DNA of 37,914 nucleotides, taken from positions 1-37,914 of the forward strand of contig CAZEBT010000002.1 in NCBI GenBank assembly GCA_964510485.1, read 5' to 3'. A model generated the notes under the pieces. It searched no databases. It saw nothing but the letters and a program-made list of their open reading frames with translations, and had not been told where the DNA came from. The position numbers and the translations under genes are program-made. Of this stretch, positions 17,181 to 23,541 are shown piece by piece. The DNA is from an uncultured Dehalococcoidales bacterium. GTDB taxonomy: Bacteria > Chloroflexota > Dehalococcoidia > Dehalococcoidales > Fen-1064. Every line of letters starts with the position of its first letter. The first letter of the stretch is position 1.

Positions 17181-17209
17181 TTGACAGGATGACGATTGTA
17201 CTTTATTAT
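17181..17209 (+). promoter_or_regulatory. Near-consensus sigma70-type promoter (TTGACA-17-TATTAT)
   Basis: TTGACA at 17181-17186, a 17-nt spacer, TATTAT at 17204-17209. It lies about 58 nt upstream of the ATG at 17268. Confidence 0.45.
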
Positions 17210-17267
17210 TCTGACGAGTTCCTGTTACGCAAGGTGGGCGGAGGCGATTAATCAAAGGGGGTGCAGT

Positions 17268-17474
17268 ATGGCATTCACCGCTAGTTCAACGTTAGGGGAA
17301 ATCCTGAAGGAGAAGCCCAATGCCAAGGAGGTTTTGGCGAAGCATGCCGGTCGTCCGATTGACGAGTCGCAGCTTTCCATGGCGATGGGTATGAGCATCC
17401 AGCAGGTAGCCGGCTTTATCGGGTGGGGACAGGACAAGATAGAGGTGCTCGTTAAGGAGCTGAACGAGCTGTAG
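17268..17474 (+). CDS. Small DUF1858-like protein (68 aa)
   Basis: The ATG at 17268 is preceded by AAAGGGGGTG, so I prefer it to the 17196 start in the ORF track. The pattern STLGEILKEKPNAKEVLAKH...IEVLVKELNEL resembles DUF1858 domains but lacks Cys. Confidence 0.5.
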   Translation: MAFTASSTLGEILKEKPNAKEVLAKHAGRPIDESQLSMAMGMSIQQVAGFIGWGQDKIEVLVKELNEL

Positions 17475-17514
17475 CGTAGCAGTTATCGGGGCAGGTTTGT
17501 GGTGTGGTTTGTGG

Positions 17515-17540
17515 TGCCGGGTGCCTGATGGCAGCCGGCA
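17515..17540 (+). terminator. Possible intrinsic terminator hairpin
   Basis: TGCCGGGTGCC-TGAT-GGCAGCCGGCA (11-bp stem with 1 mismatch), 40 nt after the stop at 17474. A T-rich stretch follows only after about 10 nt. Confidence 0.3.
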
Positions 17541-17578
17541 TGGCAGTTATGTTGGTTTAATTTTATTATGTTTATTAT

Positions 17579-17670
17579 GGTAACCCCATCCCCCTTAATC
17601 CCCCTTCCCCTTGATAAGGGGAAGGGGGAAATTGTTTATAAAGAGGGGCGAAGCCCCTCTTAAACTCCCT
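17579..17670. repeat. Hairpin repeat cluster, copy R3 (inverted boundary B - X - Z)
   Basis: GGTAACCCCATCCCCCT is the reverse complement of boundary B. It is followed by CCCCCTTCCCCTT-GAT-AAGGGGAAGGGGG (17600-17628) and TTTATAAAGAGGGGCGAAGCCCCTCTTAAACTCCCT (hairpin at 17641-17659). Confidence 0.75.
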
Positions 17671-17760
17671 GTGTGGTGGTGAGGAAAAACTAGGGGATAA
17701 GCAAGAGATGCCGCGAGGGTGGTGGGTGGGAAAAGATGAGAAAGAGGGGGAGGGGAAGGG

Positions 17761-17789
17761 TAACAAGAATTGACAGGTGGGAGTATAAT
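17761..17789 (+). promoter_or_regulatory. Candidate promoter with a perfect TATAAT -10
   Basis: TATAAT at 17784-17789, with a weak -35 TAACAA at 17761-17766 (17-nt spacer). AAGGAGG at 17808-17814 precedes the ATG at 17824. Confidence 0.35.
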
Positions 17790-17823
17790 TTATGTTAAAT
17801 CCCCTAGCAAAGGAGGCAAGCAA

Positions 17824-18324
17824 ATGGAAAAAGACAAAAAGATAGCTCTTATCATTTCATTTACCCCTGTATATATTATACTAATAGTGGAATTTTTGAG
17901 GGTGGTTTATTGGCCGGAGTCAATATTTCCCGGGATAAAGATTTTATTCCTTGCATTATTGATAATACCTGCACTTATCGCCATTATAGCTAGCTTCATC
18001 CCAACGATGAGCAAATCTAAGTTACTAGCGGCTTTAGCAAACTTGATACTTTTTTATTACGCATTTATGATAATGCTAGTTTCTGCCAACAGAGATATAA
18101 TACCGCAAACCGCCCGATTTGATATGAGTATGAGTGGAGTAGGATTAGCTCTATTCGCACTAGGAATAGTATTCTTGGCGCAGCAAAAACAAGCCCCCCT
18201 CTTTGAAGAGTTAAGCAGAAACATACTTGATGTAAGCGATAATACAAAGGCGTTAAACAATAAAGTAGCTAAACTCGAAAAAACGGTTAAGAAAGTCCAA
18301 CCAACTAAAAGTGAAGAAAAATAG
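17824..18324 (+). CDS. AT-rich orphan membrane protein (about 4 TM segments plus a C-terminal coiled-coil-like tail)
   Basis: Start moved to the ATG at 17824 (MEKDKK), which has a strong Shine-Dalgarno. Hydrophobic segments include IALIISFTPVYIILIV, ILFLALLIIPALIAIIASFI, LLAALANLILFYYAFMIMLV and GVGLALFALGIVFLA. The tail reads NTKALNNKVAKLEKTVKK. Hand samples give about 35-42% G+C. Confidence 0.6.
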   Translation: MEKDKKIALIISFTPVYIILIVEFLRVVYWPESIFPGIKILFLALLIIPALIAIIASFIPTMSKSKLLAALANLILFYYAFMIMLVSANRDIIPQTARFDMSMSGVGLALFALGIVFLAQQKQAPLFEELSRNILDVSDNTKALNNKVAKLEKTVKKVQPTKSEEK

Positions 18325-18340
18325 TCAGAGTGAGATACCC

Positions 18341-20932
18341 TCACCCCTCCCTCGCCTTTTTTTGGAGTTCGTAGAGCTTGGTGAGGGCTTCCAGGGGGGT
18401 CAGGGAGTCGATTTCCAGCTTTTCAAGCTCCTCAAGGAGTGGGGACTTCTGCCCGAAGAGGGGTATCTGCTGGGAGGGGGCTTCCCTGGGGCGGCGGGTT
18501 CTGCCCGGGGGTTTTACCGCCGGCTGGCGGCTATCGGTCTCCAGGACATCAAGCACCTCCTGGGCACGGTGCACCACTGACCGGGGGAGTCCGGCGAGCT
18601 TGGCGACATGGATGCCGTAGCTCTTGTCAACGCCGCCGGGGACAATCCGGCGCAGGAAGATGACCTCGCCCCTTTCCTCGGTGACGGCGACATTGAAGTT
18701 CTTCACCCGCGGGAGGAATTCGGCCAGCTCCACCATCTCGTGGTAGTGGGTGGCAAAGAGGGTCTTGGCGCCGAGGCGGGGGTGGTTGTGGATATACTCG
18801 GCGACGGCGCGGGCAATGGATAGACCGTCGTAGGTGCTGGTGCCCCGCCCAATCTCGTCGAGGATAAGCAGTGAGCGCGGCGTGGCGTTGTTCAGGATAT
18901 TGGCGGTCTCAATCATCTCCATCATGAAGGTGGACTGCCCGGCAGCCAGGTCTTCCCTGGCACCGACCCGGGTGAAGATACGGTCGACCAGGCCGATGGT
19001 GGCTGATTCGGCCGGCACGAAGCTGCCAGTCTGCGCTAGCAGCACAATCAGGGCTACCTGTTTGAGATATGTTGACTTGCCGGCCATGTTGGGTCCGGTG
19101 AGGACAATAAGCTGGGTATCCTTGTTGGACAGGTAGGTGTCGTTGGGGATAAAGGTGCTATCGGTTAAAGCCCTCTCAACAACCGGGTGACGTCCCTGGC
19201 TGATGACTATCTCATCATCGGTGGTCAATTCGGGGCGGGTATAGCTGTAGCGCACGGCTACCTCAGCCAGGCTGGAGAAGGCATCCATGCTGGCTATAGC
19301 GCTGGCCAGGGCTAGTATCGGCTCGCTGGCGGCGGCTATCTGCTGGCGCACCCGGTGAAAGAGGTCGGTCTCAAGCTCACTGGCTCTGTCCTGAGCATTA
19401 AGAATCGTCGACTCGTACTCTTTTAGCTCCGGGGTGAAGAAGCGCTCGCCGCCGGTCAGTGTCTGCTTCCTGATATAGTCCTGAGGTACCTGGGCAAGGT
19501 TGGATTTGGAAACCTCAATGTAGTAGCCAAAGACCCGGTTATAGCCTACCTTGAGCGACTTAATCCCGCTCCTTTCCTGTTCGTGGCGTTCCAGGTTAGC
19601 CAGGTATTGCCTGGCGTCCTTGGCGGTGCGCTGCAGGCTATCCAGTTCCTCGGAGAAGCCCTGCCTGATGACGCCGCCTTCACCGGGACTGGAGGAGGGT
19701 TCATCCTCTATCGCCTGGTTGATTAAATCAATAACGTCCTGCTGTGGCTTGAGTAGGTCCTTGAGCCAGTCTATCGGGCGGCTATCGCTGCCGCCCTCAA
19801 TTCCCTCCCTGAGTTCAGGGACTATCTCCAGGCTGCGCCGTAGCGCGATTACCTCACCGGGGGTGGCTATGTTACCCCGCACCCGGTTAATCAGCCGTTC
19901 GAGGTCGGCTATCCTGCTCAGCAGGGAGACAGTCTGGTTACGCGGCAGGGCATTCTCATAGAACCAGCCAATGGCGTCCTGTCTCTTAGTGAGTTCGTTG
20001 ATATCGAGGAGGGGCTGGCTCAGCCATCTCTTAAGTAATCGGCTGCCCATAGGGGTCCTGGTGAGGTCAATGATTGACAGCAGGGAGCCGCTGGCGGTCC
20101 CTGAAGCGCCGCGGAGGATTTCCAGGTTGCTCTGGGTGTGGAAGTCCAGCGCCATGAAGGAGTCCGTGGCGTAGGTGGAGAGCCTCGTCAGCTGTCCCAG
20201 GGCACCCTTCTGGGTTTCCTGGATGTAGTGAACAATCAGGCCGGCAGCCCTTATCGCCAGGGGCAGGTGGGCGCAGCCGAAGCCGTCAAGTGTGGCTGTG
20301 CCAAAGTGGTCAAGCACTGTCTGGCGGGCTACCTCCATCTCCGACCAGTAATCGTCGAGCCGGGTCACCGGGGTATCCAGTCCGAAGCCGGACAGCTCTG
20401 TGCTGCCGGCGGCAATAATCTCTGAAGGCTTGAGCCGCTCCAGCTCCGGGACAACCCGCTGGAGGGGGAGCTGGGTGGTGGCGAATTCGCTGGTGGTAAT
20501 GTCAACGTAGGCTATGCCGGCTTCCTCATCACCCAGTACCAGGCTGGTCAGGTAGTTGTTTGCCTGGCTATCAAGGAGGCTGGGCTCGACTATGGTGCCC
20601 GGTGTTACCACGCGGATGACCTCTCGCTCAACCAGCCCCCTGGTCTCGCCGGGCTTGGTCAGCTGCTCGCAGATGGCGACCTTGTAGCCACGGTTGATTA
20701 GCCTGGCGAGGTAGTTGTCGAGGGCGTGGTAGGGGATACCGGCCAGGGGGACCTTATTCCCCTTGCCCATCTCTCTGGAGGTAAGGACAATGTCCAGCTC
20801 GCGGGAGGTAATCCGGGCGTCCTCGTCAAAGGTCTCGTAGAAATCACCCAGGCGGAAGAAGACGATAGCCTGCGGGTACTTTCGCTTGACCCTGATGTAC
20901 TGCTGGCGGACAGGGGTGGAACCGCTTTTCAT
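18341..20932 (-). CDS. mutS: DNA mismatch repair protein MutS
   Basis: 863 aa with an N-terminal TPVRQQY...FYETF mismatch-binding motif, Walker A GPNMAGKST, and DEIGRGTSTYDG. Confidence 0.95.
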   Translation of the reverse strand: MKSGSTPVRQQYIRVKRKYPQAIVFFRLGDFYETFDEDARITSRELDIVLTSREMGKGNKVPLAGIPYHALDNYLARLINRGYKVAICEQLTKPGETRGLVEREVIRVVTPGTIVEPSLLDSQANNYLTSLVLGDEEAGIAYVDITTSEFATTQLPLQRVVPELERLKPSEIIAAGSTELSGFGLDTPVTRLDDYWSEMEVARQTVLDHFGTATLDGFGCAHLPLAIRAAGLIVHYIQETQKGALGQLTRLSTYATDSFMALDFHTQSNLEILRGASGTASGSLLSIIDLTRTPMGSRLLKRWLSQPLLDINELTKRQDAIGWFYENALPRNQTVSLLSRIADLERLINRVRGNIATPGEVIALRRSLEIVPELREGIEGGSDSRPIDWLKDLLKPQQDVIDLINQAIEDEPSSSPGEGGVIRQGFSEELDSLQRTAKDARQYLANLERHEQERSGIKSLKVGYNRVFGYYIEVSKSNLAQVPQDYIRKQTLTGGERFFTPELKEYESTILNAQDRASELETDLFHRVRQQIAAASEPILALASAIASMDAFSSLAEVAVRYSYTRPELTTDDEIVISQGRHPVVERALTDSTFIPNDTYLSNKDTQLIVLTGPNMAGKSTYLKQVALIVLLAQTGSFVPAESATIGLVDRIFTRVGAREDLAAGQSTFMMEMIETANILNNATPRSLLILDEIGRGTSTYDGLSIARAVAEYIHNHPRLGAKTLFATHYHEMVELAEFLPRVKNFNVAVTEERGEVIFLRRIVPGGVDKSYGIHVAKLAGLPRSVVHRAQEVLDVLETDSRQPAVKPPGRTRRPREAPSQQIPLFGQKSPLLEELEKLEIDSLTPLEALTKLYELQKKAREG

Positions 20933-20980
20933 CTCAGGGTTATTCTACTAGAATCCAGGATAAAAAGGAAAGAGGTTTTT

Positions 20981-21170
20981 ATCTACCTCACCCCCTTAAG
21001 CACCCAGGAAAATCTTCGATTTTCCTGGGAACCCGCTTAATCCCCCTCTCCTTATCAAAGGAGAGGGGGAAATATTTTTAGAAGAGGGGCTTCGCCCCTC
21101 TTAGACTTTATTTTGGGTTCTGCTTTGAAGGAAGAGGGGATAAAAAAAGAGGGGCGAAGCCCTCTAACAG
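20981..21170. repeat. Hairpin repeat cluster, copy R4 (boundary A - extra hairpin W - Y - Z - degenerate Z)
   Basis: ATCTACCTCACCCCCTTAAG resembles the R1 boundary. Hairpin W is CCCAGGAAAATC-TTC-GATTTTCCTGGG (21003-21029). Hairpin Y is CCCCCTCTCC..GGAGAGGGGG (21042-21069). Hairpin Z is AGAGGGGCTTCGCCCCTCT (21083-21101). A degenerate Z lies at 21148-21165. Confidence 0.7.
21142..21165 (-). terminator. Rho-independent terminator downstream of nfnB
   Basis: The minus-strand RNA reads AGAGGGCUUCGCCCCUCU followed by UUUUUUU. It begins 36 nt after the nfnB stop. The stem has one bulge. Confidence 0.55.
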
Positions 21171-21200
21171 TTACCCTGGTTATGAGCTAGGTTTAGTCTT

Positions 21201-22625
21201 CTATGAGGAGTTCCACTCTGTATTGCCCTCTCCCCTCAAATACCTATCAATATCAGCCGCTGCTTTCTTGCCGGCGCCCATGGCGCTGATGACGGTGGCG
21301 GCGCCGGTGACGATATCACCGCCAGCCCAGACCTTCGGCTTTTTAGTCCTGCCGGTGGCTTCTTCGGCTACCACCGTGCCACGGCGGGCGGTCTCCAGGC
21401 CCTCGGTGGTGGAGGAAATGAGGGGGTTGGGGGTGGTGCCCAGGGCTACGATTACCACATCAACATCAATGATAAACTCGCTGCCCTCGATAACGATGGG
21501 GCGCCGGCGTCCGCTGTCATCGGGCTCGCCAAGCTCCATCTGATAGCACTCCATGCCGATTACCCAGTTTTCTTTGTTGCCGATAAACCGTTTCGGGTTG
21601 GTCAGCAGCTTGAAGATGATACCCTCCTCCAGGGCATTCTCTGCCTCCTCGCGGCGTGCGGGCATTTCTGCCTCTGAGCGCCGGTAGACAATGGTGACCT
21701 TCCTGGCGCCCAGCCTGAGGGCGCACCGCGCCGAGTCCATAGCCACGTTACCGCCGCCAATGACCGCCACATGCTGTCCAACCTTGACCGGGGTATCGTA
21801 TTCAGGGAAGCGGTAGGCTTTCATCAGGTTGACCCGGGTGAGGAACTCGTTGGCTGAATAGACGCCGTTGAGGTTCTCGCCGGGGATGTTCATGAACATG
21901 GGCAGTCCGGCACCGGTACCGAGGAAAACAGCATCATAGCCGCTGTCAAGCAGTTCATCGACGGTATCAATCTTGCCGATTACCGAGTCCAGTTTAAGCT
22001 CTGCTCCCAGAGAAGAAACATACTCTACCTCAGCCTGGACAATCTCTTTGGGCAGTCTGAACTCGGGGATGCCGTACATCAGCACCCCGCCGGCAACGTG
22101 CAGTGCCTCAAAAAGGGTGACACTGTGCCCCATCTTGGCAAGGTCAGCCGCCGCGGTCAGTCCGGCCGGGCCCGAGCCGACAATCGCCACCCGTTTACCT
22201 GCTGGCTCAGGCGGGCTGGACGGAGAGCCGGCGGTCTGCTTATTAGCTCGCTCCCAGTCAGCTACATATCGTTCCAGGCGGCCAATGGCGATAGGCGCCT
22301 CCTTTTTCGCCAGGGTGCAGGTGGACTCGCACTGTGTCTCCTGCGGGCAGACCCTTCCGCAGATGCCGGGCAGGCTGTTTTTGCTCTTGAGTATTCTTAC
22401 TGCCTCAGGCATATTGCCGTCACGGATAGCCTTGATAAATTCGGGGATGTCTACGTCCACCGGGCAGCCGGTGACGCAGGGGCGTTTGGGGCACTGGATG
22501 CAGCGGTTTGCCTCAGCCAGAGCCTGCTCCGGGGAATAGCCGAGAGCGACCTCGTTGAAGTTCTTGCCCCGTGCCTTGGGGTCTTGCCTCGGCATCGGGA
22601 CGCGGTTTAAATCAAGTTTTGCCAT
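21201..22625 (-). CDS. nfnB: NfnB/SudA-like NADPH-dependent oxidoreductase large subunit (GltD family)
   Basis: 474 aa with N-terminal Fe-S motifs (CIQCPKRPCVTGCP, CGRVCPQETQCESTC) and the dinucleotide fold VAIVGSGPAGLTAA. It is paired with an NfnA-like gene immediately upstream. Confidence 0.85.
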   Translation of the reverse strand: MAKLDLNRVPMPRQDPKARGKNFNEVALGYSPEQALAEANRCIQCPKRPCVTGCPVDVDIPEFIKAIRDGNMPEAVRILKSKNSLPGICGRVCPQETQCESTCTLAKKEAPIAIGRLERYVADWERANKQTAGSPSSPPEPAGKRVAIVGSGPAGLTAAADLAKMGHSVTLFEALHVAGGVLMYGIPEFRLPKEIVQAEVEYVSSLGAELKLDSVIGKIDTVDELLDSGYDAVFLGTGAGLPMFMNIPGENLNGVYSANEFLTRVNLMKAYRFPEYDTPVKVGQHVAVIGGGNVAMDSARCALRLGARKVTIVYRRSEAEMPARREEAENALEEGIIFKLLTNPKRFIGNKENWVIGMECYQMELGEPDDSGRRRPIVIEGSEFIIDVDVVIVALGTTPNPLISSTTEGLETARRGTVVAEEATGRTKKPKVWAGGDIVTGAATVISAMGAGKKAAADIDRYLRGEGNTEWNSS

Positions 22626-22649
22626 ATGTTTACTTTCTAATTCTTACTA

Positions 22650-23489
22650 TTAAGGGGCGGCAGCCTGCTCACGCTGCCATTGCTCAAAGGACTGTTTTTC
22701 CTCATCGAGGTAAATACGCTGGCGGGCAGAGAGCAGGTCCCAGTCGACCTGGTGTCCATCAAAATCGGGCCCATCAACACATGCAAACTTGGTTTCCCCG
22801 CCAACCTCCACACGGCAGCAGCCGCACATGCCGGTGCCGTCGACCATTATCGGGTTCAGGCTGACAATGGTCTTCACGCCGAAGGGCTGTGTCGTAAGGG
22901 ACGAATACTTCATCATGACAGTCGGGCCGATGGCTATCACCCGGTCAATCCTGGTGCCGCTTTCCAGCATTTCCCTCAATGGCTCAGTTACCAGGCCTTT
23001 GCGGCCATACGAGCCATCGTCGGTGGTAACTATCAGCTCATCACTGACCCGGCGCAGCTCGTCTTCCCAGAAGATAAGGTCTTTGTTACGCGCTCCCATG
23101 ATAGAGATGACCCTGTTCCCTTTCTCTTTCAGAGCCCGGGCGATGGGCATTATGACCGCCATGGCAAACCCGCCGGCAACACAGCACACGGTGCCGAACT
23201 TATCAATGTGGGTGGGCAGACCAAGCGGCCCCACAAAGTCGGCGATGGAATCGCCGGTTCCCAGCTGTGCCAGGCGGTGGGTGGTGGTCCCCACCTCCAT
23301 GACAACAATGGTAATGCTGCCCTCTTCCCGGTCCCAGTCGGCTACGGTAAGCGGGATGCGTTCACCCTTTTCGTCAATCCTGATGACGACAAACTGCCCC
23401 GGCTGTGCCTTCTTGGCAACGCCGGGGGCATCAATCTTGAAGAGGTGAATATTGGGTACCAGGTCCTGTTTTAACAGTATCTTGTACAG
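22650..23489 (-). CDS. nfnA: NfnA/SudB-like FAD/[2Fe-2S] small subunit; probable non-ATG (CTG) start
   Basis: The track ORF starts at an internal Met (23300), but the frame is open to 23537. The upstream part translates as (L)YKILLKQDLVPNIHLFKIDAPGVAKKAQPGQFVVIRIDEKGERIPLTVADWD, a typical NfnA/PyrK N-terminus. AGGAAGGA lies 7 nt before the CTG at 23489-23487. C-terminal motif: GTGMCGCCRV...FACVDGP. Confidence 0.75.
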   Translation of the reverse strand: MYKILLKQDLVPNIHLFKIDAPGVAKKAQPGQFVVIRIDEKGERIPLTVADWDREEGSITIVVMEVGTTTHRLAQLGTGDSIADFVGPLGLPTHIDKFGTVCCVAGGFAMAVIMPIARALKEKGNRVISIMGARNKDLIFWEDELRRVSDELIVTTDDGSYGRKGLVTEPLREMLESGTRIDRVIAIGPTVMMKYSSLTTQPFGVKTIVSLNPIMVDGTGMCGCCRVEVGGETKFACVDGPDFDGHQVDWDLLSARQRIYLDEEKQSFEQWQREQAAAP

Positions 23490-23541
23490 CTGTCTATCCT
23501 TCCTGGGGCATAACCGATGCCGGTAGGGCGTGACCGGTTAA

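Noticed and set aside
17196-17267. Upstream start (17196) for the small DUF1858-like ORF, and the 17770 start for the membrane ORF
   Set aside because: The 17196 start lies within the predicted promoter (17181-17209), has no SD and adds a Cys/Trp-rich non-conserved peptide. The TTG at 17770 lies inside the predicted promoter region (17761-17789), upstream of its TATAAT. The downstream ATGs (17268 and 17824) both have good SDs.
8101-21170. Could the repeated hairpin elements be a CRISPR array, given that GGTTTTAGAG in module Z resembles the start of some Cas9 repeats?
   Set aside because: There is no regular repeat-spacer periodicity. The modules differ in order and orientation, the copies are scattered over 13 kb between housekeeping genes, and no cas genes are present. 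The GTTTTAGAG match is only 9 nt.
22680-23474. Long antisense ORFs opposite real genes, e.g. 22680-23474 (+, 264 aa), 22789-23448 (+), 33080-33778 (-), 35179-35886 (-), 16565-17128 (-), 21973-22539 (+), 35953-36513 (-)
   Set aside because: These are shadow ORFs typical of GC-rich DNA. Their products are low-complexity and Ala/Arg/Pro/Ser-rich with no motifs. Each lies fully inside a gene with clear family signatures on the other strand.
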